DNA of 64,000 nucleotides from Leptogorgia sarmentosa (Eukaryota): NCBI GenBank assembly GCA_964658305.1, contig OZ210886.1, positions 1 to 64,000 of the forward strand, read 5' to 3'. Shown piece by piece: positions 24,005 to 36,600 of this stretch (position 1 is its first letter; each line of letters starts with the position of its first letter). The notes under the pieces were generated by a model. It saw only the letters and a program-made list of their open reading frames with translations, ran no database searches and was not told where the DNA came from. The position numbers and the translations under genes were made by a program.

Positions 24005-24651
24005 CTAGCAATAAGCTCCATTAGGGACACATTCGTAGCCAGTCCAACACCATATGCTAGAAAAAAAACAGAACGAAGAAGGAAGATTAAAAATGGATAA
24101 AACAAAAGAGTACACAAAGGGATAAGATTGTGAACCAACGAAGCTAAAAAAATATTGAACGTGGCTTGTTCGAAATTGTCTTTGAATTAAATATTGATTG
24201 TCAATAAGTTTCATCAAAATTTCAATTAAATTCCAGATAAATGATCAAATTCTCTCACCAATAATGTTCAGTTGGACAACCTGTTTTCAAACAATTTGCA
24301 ACTGGTTGACTGCCGGGTGGACCAGGTTGTCCAGGTGGTGAGGGCACGGAACGACGCATTGGATTTCCATCCTGTTTGAAGAATAATAATCTGCAGTGAG
24401 TGATGCAGTGACTAAGGTGACTTGGTCACCATTTCTCGGGTACGTCTATAGACAGTCTATACTATACTATACACTGCAATATATCTCGTGTATGATGTGT
24501 ATAGACTATATAGACATGCATGTCTAAACATGAACATAAACCATATGCCATAACATAAAAAGATGTTACGGTATACCTTGTTAATCCGTCCAGGAAATGC
24601 AGCGGCAATGTACAAAAATGATAGAACAGCAACAATCACCAAGGTATTCAT
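24005..24651 (-). CDS. 79-aa secreted cysteine-rich peptide precursor; coding exons 24651-24577, 24371-24259, 24056-24005, plus a 5'UTR exon near 24800-24850
   Basis: Phase-consistent splicing gives MNTLVIVAVLSFLYIAAAFPGRINKDGNPMRRSVPSPPGQPGPPGSQPVANCLKTGCPTEHYCIWCWTGYECVPNGAYC*. It has a signal peptide, an RR site and 6 Cys. Confidence 0.88.
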
Positions 24652-24871
24652 TTCTGCAAATAAAAAACAAATTTGTGGCATGACTTTATTCATATAATCT
24701 AGATTGAAGTTTCAAAGGCAGAACAGCTGCATCTAAACCAGGTATAGAGTTTAGAAAACAAGGTTGTGTTAATTTAGCGTCATGCAAAAAATCTCTTACC
24801 TTAATTTTGTCTTTATTGAATTACGTCTTTTTATTGAACAGAGCAGGTAGTGTAAATCATGATTGCTTACC

Positions 24872-24886
24872 CACTTTTTATATACT
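24872..24886 (-). promoter_or_regulatory. TATA box of the Cys-rich peptide gene
   Basis: Minus strand GTATATAAAAAGTG, ~75 bp upstream of an AAG|GTAAG donor at ~24799. Confidence 0.65.
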
Positions 24887-24906
24887 CGCTGTGTTTACAT
24901 TCGATG

Positions 24907-26610
24907 TATTGGGGCATGACGTTGTTTTGCTTGTCGGTACATTACAAGTTGTCTGTGTAACAAGCACTTCTTAAACTAAATAAAGGAAAATATTTACCAA
25001 CGGTCACTACAACGTCATGTGAGATATCATTGTCAGGGGAAATAAAACAAGAGGTTCTACAGAGACAGATTCAACTTTCAGATTCAGATTCAGAATCCAA
25101 CGGGATCAAGTATCTCAAGTCGCGTTCCATTTAATCTGAAATCTGATTTAAAAATCTGTTTTTGGATTTGTCAAAAGGAACGCGACTTCAGTACAAAATG
25201 TGAATTTACTCAGGTTCTTTTAATGAAATAAACCTAATCTCAAAATCAATTCTTCTTTAGAATACATTGCAAGATTTTAGCGTGAAGTATGAAATCTGAA
25301 AAAATCGAAGCAAGCCAGCAGAAGCGAAGCAAGCCAGACGTGAATTCAAATTGACCATAATCATAACCAATTGTAGGAATCTGATGTACAATTTCCATGT
25401 ATCATATTAATAAACAGGCTGTCTCCCTAAACGTTTCCTTAAAAGAAATTATACTAGAGTTACTCTACTCCTACTCTATTTATTGGGGCACATGACGTTG
25501 TTTTGCTTGTTGTTGGTATACCTACCTTACAAGTTGTGGGATCTAGCATGCACTGCATGGTTCACCACCTAAGTCAATCTGAGCAGAAGAGGTTTAGCAA
25601 TATTTACCAACGGTCACTATACAACGTCATGTGAGAAATCATTGTCAGGGGAAATAAAACAAGAGGCTCTTCAGAGACAGATTCAACTTTCAGATTCAGA
25701 ATCCAACGAGATTGGGTATCTCAAGTCGCGTTCCATTTAATCTGAAATCTGATTTAAAAATCTGTTTTTGGATTTGTCTAATCTAGGAACGCGACTTCAA
25801 TACTTCAGTACAAAATGTGAATTTACTCAGGTTCTTTTAATGAAATAAACCTAATCTCAAAATCAATTCTTCTTTAGAATACATTGCAAGATTTTAGCGT
25901 GAAGTATGAAATCTGAAAAAATCGCAGAAGCGAAGCAAGCCAGACGTGAATTCAAATTGACCATAATCATAACCAATTGTAGGAATCTGATGTACAATTT
26001 CCATGTATCATATTAATAAACAGGCTGTCTCCCTAAACGTTTCCTTAAAAGTAATTGTACTAGAGTTACTCTACTCCTACTCTATTTATTGGGGCACATG
26101 ACGTTGTTTTGCTTGTTGTTGGTATACCTACCTTACAAGTTGTGGTATCTAGCATGCACTGCATGGTTCACCACCTAAGTCAATCTGAGCAGAAGAGGTT
26201 TAGCAATATTTACCAACGGTCACTACAACATGTCAGGGGAAATAATTTCCAGTTCAGACGTCGAACGTTTCATGTGCCGAACCTGAAGCAAATGAGATCA
26301 AACATGCAAAGAGCTCACTCAGTTCGACGTGTGAACTAGGTCTAACGTACTTATAATATGATCTGATATAATTTTCATGTTATATTGACAGGCTGTTGTG
26401 CTAAAAGTTCCTGCCAAAGATTATATTAAATATACTCTGTATTCACAAGTTACTCTCTAACTTTCTCTACTTATTGAGGCATGGCGTTTTGCTTGTCGGT
26501 ATACTAAACTTACAAGTTGTGCTGTCAAGAATGTACTTCTTAACCAAATTAAGAAGATGGCACAGTAAACAATATTTACCAAAGGTCACTTCATGTCATG
26601 TAGGGGAAAT
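24907..26610. repeat. Tandem amplification of a ~0.6 kb unit (starts 24907, 25481, 26087, 26472; last two degenerate or partial)
   Basis: The anchors TATTGGGGCA(CA)TGACGTTGTTTTGCTTGT and AATATTTACCAACGGTCACT recur. Segments 25190-25480 and 25805-26086 are near-identical. Confidence 0.92.
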
Positions 26611-26818
26611 AGCATAATGTAGGAAACTCGTATGGCTCACAACCGACTGTATAGGAATTTGACAAATTCCATGCATCATGTCCGCTTCCCCTTCCCCTCT
26701 GGAAAACTCTATTGTCGTTAAACGGGCGTTTTTAGAAGGTCCTGAAGGGGTAAAATGGGAACTGGAGTTTGCTTTTTTTTGCTGAGAAAATGGGATTTCA
26801 TGCACTTCTCTGGGACTT

Positions 26819-26944
26819 AGGCCTAGGTCAAACGTCGAACTTTTCATGCGCCGAACCTAATGCAAATGAGCTCAAACAAAGAACTTGGCTCATTAACATT
26901 AGGTTCGGCACATACATGAAAAGTGCGACGTTTGATAGGCCTTA
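26819..26944. mobile_element. Palindromic MITE (PIF/Harbinger-like); related fragments at ~26255-26345 and ~52730-52840
   Basis: Fold-back AGGCCTAGGTCAAACGTCGAACTTTTCATGCGCCGAACCTAATG...CATTAGGTTCGGCAC...TTTGATAGGCCT with T/A-rich flanks. Three copies occur in the window. Confidence 0.7.
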
Positions 26945-27649
26945 TCAGCCAAAAATGGGATGGGATTTGTGCTCATAGAAAATTTGACCTTGAAAATGGG
27001 AATATAGGAATCCCCCTTGATAACCCTCTTTTTATGATTTACCTTAACGTTGTTTGAATTATAGCTTCAATCTGAAAAAAATTACGAAACGTCAAAAGCT
27101 ATAAGAACGTACACTTTCAGGCCCGCAGACTTAATCATTGATTATCCTCTGCCATGGGACTTCGACCACAGATTTTTCTCATGATTTTAGGACTTTTCTT
27201 CCATTGAAAAATTGTCGAAAACTTATGGCACGCAGAAGCGTGTTAATTATTTGCCAAAATCAGCCCGACAAATCGCCGAGTCTATAAACGTACCGTAACG
27301 AACGAGGTCGCCACTGAAGCCGTAAGTTATTTTCTTTAAAAGAGGAATGATTTTAAAAACCATGCATGCGGCTACATTCGAAAGCTGTTTTAAAGGCCCC
27401 AACTAAAAATAAAACAACTACTATACAAAACGATTTAAATATTTTAAACTTTAATAAATGATATATATTTATATATAGCTATATAATATATAGTATATGC
27501 CGTTAATTTCTTAAATACCCGTCCTGCAAAATTTGATTTTGTAGAGAATAAATTAATGTTCGTTTCATACAAAAATAATTTCCCATTCATAACCCCACTA
27601 CATTAATAAACTATTTATCAAGAACTGATTGAACAGCGTGCGCAAAGAA

Positions 27650-30600
27650 TTATTGATGTTGACTATGCATGTATTCATGATCACAAGTTCTCTTTAATTC
27701 ATTGATCTTGCTCGAGACCTAAACAAAAAAATAAAGAAAATTTATCTGTTTGGTGCTGGTTGAGACAATAATTTTTCAGCAACAATTTTAAAAATATTAT
27801 ATGCAGAAATGTGCTGTGAAAAAAAAAACGTATAAGAATAATTTTCGAGTTAAATTAGCGACAACTTCAGTGTGGACAACATATTGAATGTGCACATGCA
27901 TGCATGGTTCTCAGTTTCATAAAGCACCTGCACGTTGTAAATATATATACTCTGCAGTTACCTTTCTTGCAATGACCATGTTATCACAACGCACTAGAGG
28001 ATTTTCGCTTGGATTTCTTGAAGGTATTGATAATGTTCTTATTCCTTTCATTTTATTGATTAGTTGAAGATAATGAGTTTTATCTGAACAAAGACCAGTT
28101 TTTTAATGAAAAAACCCTCCCAGATTAAGACGGCAGGGGGGTTGGTTTGTGTGCCAGGATTAAAAGGTTTGTGCCTCGTCAAGTCTATCCTGGTGTGGTG
28201 TTTAACTTCAGCTAAAACAGTAAATATTATAAGAACATCTCACCTTGAAATGTATATTGAGATTTATACAAAGTTTCATACTTCACACAAAGTACTAAAG
28301 ACTCGTGACTAGGTCGACCTTTTAGAAAGTAAACTTTGCGATTTGTTAACAACGCATTTAATTTCGTTTCTGCAACATTCTTTCGTACTTTGAAACAGCA
28401 CGCAAATCTGGTATGTAAATGAAAAAAAACTGTTAATTTTCGTGAAATTACCTGAAACCTTGTGATATCAACATTCAATCATGGTTTAGTATGGTCAATT
28501 TAGTGAAAAAAAAACCCTAGAATACACTTACACTTCGCCATGTTCATTGTCCCCAAGATTCTCTTTTAGCCTTCTTAGAAATTCTTGTCCTTTTAGTTGT
28601 CTTTTAACATTTCTTGGAATTAGATCCAAAGGAATTCCAAGATTTCCTTCTCCATCGCTACTTTCTGTATCCCAGTTTAAATAGTCTACATCATTCGTTA
28701 TATCAGGTAGAAGACTCGTGTTTAACCAAACGTTTTCTGAAGCTCCATCCAGGTTAAGTATCTGTGGCAAACAATAAATTTTACATGAATTTAACATGAA
28801 TCATACCGGGCCCATCAGACATTAAAATAATTTAAAACCGACTTTTTATAGTTTGTTATTGCAGTCCATTATAAAGATTCCTGCGAATCTTCCTCGCGTA
28901 CCTACCGCTCAACTCTCAGAAGATTCGCACCAAAAAAACTGATCACTTACGTCACTGTCGTCTTTGGATTTTCTTTTAGGCGTGCTGTTGAGTTGAAAAA
29001 GTTCGCCACTCCCTCCTGAGAACTGTCGTAAAACAGCAACGTCGAGATCGCTTGGATCTGAATGTCGTCGCTCACGATCAGCTTTGGGTTCTTCCACAGA
29101 GCGACCCAGACCAAATAAATCTGACCATGATCCCGTGAACTAAGCCGTAAAAAGTCATATATTATTTTCATTCATGGCTAGGAAGTTATCTATCATTCAT
29201 TAATGTACAATCAATTAAATACCAATATTTTGATATACCGCATAAATTATATACCTACGTTTACCCAATCATAGATGTTGATTTCAAAAAAAATAAGTAT
29301 CGTGATACCAGTGCACGTGGATTCATTTGTTATATTTATTATTTTTATTATTGGCATGACAAAATTACTGAATGCTGATTGGTTGAGAGGAGTACAATTA
29401 TTTTATTAATGGTACAGCTAATTTCGATACTTGTACAGTACAAACAACGAAAATATAAACAAAAGCACAAAATATTGGTTGAAAGTATGGCAAGACTGAG
29501 CTTCGATGAGGCAGAATGACGCTAAAATCGAGAATTATCGTCCATTAAGAGCTTTGGTGGATATGTAATTTGGTCATGCTAAAAAACAAATTTAATTGCA
29601 TGAAACATAAGAAATACAGTGTTTGTCGCTTACCTTGCTATATGAACTAGCCACACCGGTAGTAACTTGATGGAAGAATGTGATAAATTCTCCTGTTTCA
29701 CGAAGAGTAGTAAATCCAGACATTATATCTTGTTTGAGGCGAGATATGTTGCCAAAAAGATGCATCGAACCAAGAACTCTGGCTGACTGACTTCCTAATT
29801 CCTGGGGTGAAATAAAACACATACATGTTTTATTTAGAAAAAACATGCAATTTGACAAACCTGTATTAAATATTCATTGCAGTGGTACCGAAGAAAACGT
29901 TATAATCTTTCATGAACTATAATTGTTTTAACAGCAGGACGATGTCTGTCAACTCCAGAGATTTAGGGAATACTACTTTTTTATTAAACTGATGCCATTA
30001 TTTTCATGTACAGATAAAAGATAGCTTTCACGTAACAGTATGTTTAATAATGATTTCACAAGCGGTGTTTCTATTAGTCATACTGACGTTACCTTCAAAT
30101 AATGTTTCTTGATATCATATGAAATATATTTATATGAACCATATTGGATATTGTCTCGTGTAAATGCATCTGAAATACCAATAAAAAGCCATTTTAATAA
30201 CAATGACCAAACTGCAGTATGCAGTCAGGGTTGGTAGCGGATAGTAACATAAAAATTCATCAAACGTTACACTCCAAACATAAGTCAATTAACATTTGAC
30301 TTTTTGTCAGGATTTTGGGCCTTCGCTCGAATTTATCATTAAGGTAATGAGTTTAAATTTCTATGTGTTTTAATGTTTTAGTTAGCCCTTATATAAACTC
30401 AGAACTGATATGGTTAACATGCATTGTGCTTACCAAAATACAAACAGGCATTTTCAAATCTTGGTGGTAGCTGATGAGGAATTCCCAAGTTATTTTTAAT
30501 CACTTTTAGATCAAGAGGCAAATCAATAGCTGGTAATAAGGTTAAAATTACTTCAACAGCTCGTAACTCGATATGCTCGAAGTGAAATCTTCTCGATAAT

Positions 30601-33600
30601 GGGCCGGATTTCTCCTCACTTTTCTCGTCACGACTGCGGAAATAAAAATGACACAAGGACATTACAAGTTTCTCACTTGACAACCAATTTCTTGTTTGTC
30701 TTCAATGAATTCTACCAACTTGTTTCTACTAATACCTTTCAAAGAATATTTGCGCCACTTTTTTGTGCAAGCCGAAGTCCTTTAAGACTGCAAATATCAG
30801 CGTTTCTTCAACAACGACAGTCGTGTCACAACTTCCAAATGAGAATCTCTACGATATATATGTAAAACGAAATGAGGAATATCAAAAATGTCGAAATTTC
30901 AATGTTGGAAACCTGTAACCAATTGATTTATTTCTATCCTTCAATAACCGTATTTAGCTAAAAAGACGAAAAATTCGACTGGGACGATTTCTTCGACTGA
31001 ATGAAATAATTTGTTAAAGTAAATCCGGAGACGAACTTAACAGTCGCACTCAACATACCCTGTTTAGTTCGTCTTTTTAGTGCGTCGTTTCGACGCACTT
31101 AACAAACGAATTATTCGTCTAAGACCAATAATTCGTCTGGGTAAATACGAGACGTTAATATCACACTCGTACTAATAAACAATTATTGGATGAGGCTGAG
31201 CACGATATCAAGAATTATTCAGACCGAGGTCAATGTTATCTGCCGAAGCGAAGCTGAGGCGGATAACATTGACCGAGGTCTGAATAATTCTTGATATCAT
31301 GCGAAAGCCGAATCCAATAATTGTTTTATTATACATTTAAAAGAGAGTTCACTTTCATTCAGCGAAGCAAATCTGCTGCAGGCCATTGTTTGTTTGTTTG
31401 TTTTTTCGCGCGCTTTTAGCTTCAAGCTTTTGACAGCGCTGGGGCTTGGGCACGAGAGAGTCCAATAATTTTTTTTTTGGATGCAAGTTCGATCCAAAAA
31501 AATAATTATTGGACGCTGATGACGTCATCGGCGGAAAATACGTAATAAATACTGAATACTGAGAATTAGCCGGTGCTTTCTGACCAATCAGGAACGAGAA
31601 TACATACTAAATGTATAATAAAGATCAGTTGTTGCACTGAAGTACGAAATATACCAAATATTCCTTTTGATCCAGACTTGTGAATCCAATCGTGACCAAA
31701 ACAAACACAAAAAACCGACGTGTGGTTCGTCTCGTGTTTAGCAAGGCTAGTCGAATAATTCGTCCTTGACGAATTATTCATCTTTCTGGCTAAATACGCT
31801 TAATATTAGCAATGAAATCGAATAAAATCGTCAATAGAAAAAAGTTACTGCATCGACTGGGTGACGGTCTTTGTTACCAGGGCCGCCCAGACCAGGAGGG
31901 CAAATTTCATTTGCTAACATATGTTGTAATAATACCTCGAACGACAATTTATCACTATCATTTGAAAGTCTCTCCTTGATGGATAGTTCTAACGATTCTC
32001 TTTCTTCTCCTTCGCTACCGGCATCGACGGTAGGATGGAAAAATGGCATATTTTCGAGGCAATTAAAGCCCTAAAACAACATTACAGTGTTAGACAATTG
32101 GCAAATAAATTGGTGGAATATTTTAGAAACATTTTCATGCCACGACTGCAAGAAAATGTGCAATTAAGACGAAGTTACTTTTTTGGTGATACTCTCGTAT
32201 TGTAAAAGTAAATGGAGATGTATACCTTTAGAGTTTTTATTTTAAAACTTAAACTCCTCATTTCTTCATCTTGTGATAATGAGAACTAAAAAGATATATT
32301 TTGTATTTTACAGCAGTCTTTTCAAATTTACAAAGAGTTAAGAGTGATTAATCTTAATTCTATGATGTCAGTATATATTAAAATTAAAGGAATATAACAG
32401 TAAAAGTTGGGGATACGACTCACATTCCTGTTTATATGCCTCCTGTAGCGCTCGAGACGCGCTTACTATTAATAAAGACCATTTACAAAAGGAGACAGGA
32501 ATAAAGTGTGCATAAAGTGTGCAAAAACATTGCTTGTTTACTTGAAAATTACTCACCGCTGGATGCATCATAATGACTTGTAGTAGTTTCTGGTTAGAGG
32601 CATCTTTAACATCGATAGTGATATCACAAATATTTGCAGAAATCTAAGCAAAATAAAAGCAATAAAAAATGATAGAACACAAGATATAACACAAATGAAG
32701 ACAAAAACTGAACTACAAACATGTTGATAAGTGATTACAAACGCGATTAAAAATTTTTCTACATCCCTCTCATCTCTTGACATGACTGTCAGGGAGAGAG
32801 AAATATGGAGGGCAAAGCGAAACGATTCTAAATCTGCTTCTGGCGATGATGTTTCAATATAGATAATAGAAACACTAGATGAAGAAAACTCGCCATTCTG
32901 TTCAATATTTGTTGGGATAATACTATTGTCATTATAATTTATACTGCTGGACATATTCAGGTCCCTTTGCTTGGCGTCATGTGCACATTGAAGGGGATAC
33001 TTACGGTTATAACACGATCCACTGCAATAAGACCCTTATATACAGACTGTCGCAACATCCTTCGTCTAATCGTAACGAAAGAGTTTCATTCATGGGCTTA
33101 CCTCACACATTCTCTTTGGATGTGTCGTTGGATCTTCATCGATGACATCGTCACCCTGCGACACATCACTGCTCCGTTCAAATTCCGTTGATGAATTTAA
33201 GGTAAATTTAAAACTTCTTGATTTTGTATTGTAAGTCTATATCGTAATATATCTAGCATTAGTAAGGTGCAAGTACACAACAGTAATTAGAATTTTATGT
33301 GCAGTATTGCTCTCAAAATGTAAGATCACTCAAATCATATTCTTCCAATGATTATGAACTTACTTTGAAAAAAATCTCCAGAGCGTTAACGTATTTTGGT
33401 TTTATTTCAACAAGGATCCCTTCGTGAAAAGAAACAGCCCATTTTGTTGTTTGCCTAGACATTTCTTCACCCTAACAAGTTCAAAGAAGAGAGTAAGTAT
33501 GAGTTGAGGTATTTACAGCACTAGTAATAAGCCCTTGTAGTTCTTTAAAAGTATTGACTTTGAACTGGACATTGAAAGATTACCAAATCATATTTTATAG

Positions 33601-36600
33601 CAAACTGAAATTGATAATAACCTCAATATGGAACAAATATGCCATATACTTTTTACCTCTATATTCAAAACACATGGATTGACCAATCCCTCTGACTTTA
33701 TCTTTGAACTCAAAACTGATTCCTTTTCACCCTCGGCATGCTGGTCAATAAATGTCAACTCGAGAGGAACGTTAACTCTCCATCGTATCTGAATAAAGAA
33801 ACATAGTGAAGTTTGAAGACAAATAATCCCCCATCTTGTTTGGAAGTTAAGTCAATTGTGTAGATAATATGTGAAGTACAATAAAGAGTAAATCAATTTC
33901 ACACAATTTGGGATTATTGATGCGTGGTGCAAATGCAGCTGATCAAGGTTGTCCTTTCAAAGTCAAATTGAAATCAGAATCTTCACCTTGAAAGGTTTGT
34001 TTTAAATACCTACCGTATTTCTCTTTGGACTACCAAAACTAAAAAATGCCAATTTCAATTCAAATTGTCTTGATTCGTCAGTACAGTACACGTTTATGGC
34101 GACGCTTTCTGCTTCCATCGCCACCTGAAAAAACAGAATAAATAAATTCACCTTCAAAAAGGCAAGTAGAACATATGCAGCATGGTGCAAAAAATTCTTT
34201 CTAAAAAATTCTTTCTACGAACGACGTTTCCTGGTTTCAAGTCAAAAGTTAACAACTTATTTCTGGTTGGTGCAAGCAACCTTGTGATATGAAAAATTAC
34301 CTTTCACCAGTGTTAGAGCACGTATAGATTACAGTACCTCACATTTCTCTTCAACATCCTCACTGGATAACTCATTCTCGGTGCAGGAAACTTGAAGAGA
34401 TAAGTTAGAAAAATATTTATTTGGAAGAAATCGCGCCAGTCGAAGATTATAAGTTGACACGACACTTTTGACTACCAACATGCATGCAATTTAAACTACA
34501 TTTTTAATTCTGATGTTATATAGATATCATTTGTTCAACTGATAAAATTTTCAGTCTTATATGTATCTTGTAGCAACATGGCAATTATGCATAGCGTGTA
34601 TACGGTATGCTTTCAAGTTGTTTCGAACAAATTAACTAACTAATGTAATGTTCCGTATTCTAATACTGACGTACCTTCATTAGGCTTCGAAACATTCTCT
34701 TTGTGTAAATTTTCCCTAAAATGTTCATTGAAATAGCTGGCCACCAGACTTTCGAAACAGCTTATCGTTGCAGGGGATAAATTAACTTCAGTATTCTTCA
34801 GTCGACTGTGAGAGCTAGTCAGTATGCCATCTTCAAACTTGTAGACCAAAATTAAACCTTCGCTTTTCGCTACCTGAAACGTTTACAGTTTATAGGTAAA
34901 TTTTTTGAAATTAGAGAGTTTGAGCTTGACTTTTTTCTAGGGACTCCCACAAGGTACTGTGGTACACAAGGATGAGATGAAATAATCGACGGATAAAGAA
35001 ACAACAGCAAATATAGAGAACATTTAATGCACAACGAATAATGTCAGATGAGCAATCTTTAATTTAATTAAATTTAAAGTCCCTTGTCGGTTTGCAGCCC
35101 ATATTCAGCTGGAAGCTCAGGATAAAAAGCTTCCTGTCATTCGCTGTTCAGGCAGAACTGCGACAAAGTACTTTATGAACTACTGTAACCTGTATTTTCG
35201 TCTTGATAACAAACTCCTTTACCTTTGTGCACAGATCGGAAGTTTCGTTAATGTTTGGAGAACAGACAGCGTTGCCATCTTTAAACAAGAAGACAAGTCT
35301 TGCCATATTTGAGTTATAAAGAACTAATGCATCACCTTGTGAAACCTGAAAACAAACAGCATGAATTCAGGCAGGAGCAAGGGTTTTACTGGATGGAAAA
35401 CATGCAGGGTTCATATATACAGGGTGTTCCCAAGAACAGCCCCCTCTCACTCTTTTGTTGTTGTTTGGAAATTTAAATTAGCTTCTGAAAAACAGCAACA
35501 CAAACACGTGCCGTTATAAATACTTCTGTCGTTCATGTACCATTCAATTCAATTCTCAAAGGTATAACAACGCACGTTTAACAACAAAAGGGCTGATTTC
35601 TATAAAATCACCCTGCATATAGGTGGAATAATTCAATTATGGTATTTACCATCAAATCAAATCTGTTCTACTCACCGCTAACTCGTAGGAAACAACATCA
35701 TCACCATCAATTTTGCCTTGAATTGACACCCTAGCATTTTGTGCAAATAACCACAATGAAGTCAACTCAGAAACTGTGACATCTGAACCATTCACATATT
35801 CTGTTTCTGGTGCAATAGACAACTGAAAAACAATGACAAATGTCAATAACAATACTTGTCTGCATTTTTTACTGTCTTATTAAACATTTTTGTTTAATAA
35901 ATTTCATGCTGGATGCTTCTCTGATGCAAGAGCTATCTGGTATGTATGGATCAGTACCCTGATTTCATCCAGTATGTTAGATGATTTTAGCCTGTCAACG
36001 CTTGGTTGAAAAAAAGTGTTAATACTGCTTTTCTACCAACACTTGGTAGAAAATAGCTTCCAGAAATTACTGCAGGGGGAAGCGTGAGGGGAGGGAGAGA
36101 AGCAGGGGCATAAGGGGAGGGATAGGAGGGGCATGAGGGGAGGGATAGGAGGGGCATGAGGGGAGGGATAGGAGGTGGGGCATGAGGGGAGGGATAGGAG
36201 GGGCACAAGGGGAGGGATAGGAGGGAGGGGCATGAAGGGAGGGGTAGAAGGAGGGGAGAAGGGAGGGATAGAAGGGGGCATGAAGGGAGGGGTAGAAGGA
36301 GGGGGGGAGGGGAGGAAGGGGTAGAAGGGGTGGGGCATGAGGGGAGATGATAGAGAAAAAGAAAAAATAAAGACTTGTAGTAAACAAAAAATAGACTTGA
36401 AATGGAGTATGTGAATCTCTCTATTTCCACCCACCAACTATAGAAACTGCATCACAAACTGCAGCAGTTATTAATAAAACCTTGTAGAAAACAAAGTGCA
36501 ATTTACCAGTTCTGTTGGAGGTTGGAATGAATAAAGGTTGATGCCAATAGTTATGTAGGCTTTTATAATTACTTCTCCTGGCTTTTTACAGTTCTAGAAA

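Noticed and set aside
24259..24371. Minicollagen call for the small secreted gene
   Set aside because: There are only three Gly-X-Y triplets and a single Cys domain whose spacing differs from the minicollagen CRD.
35987..36437. Three overlapping Pro-rich ORFs (extensin-like)
   Set aside because: All three frames are open because of an intronic purine-rich minisatellite. The flanking exons join in phase without it.
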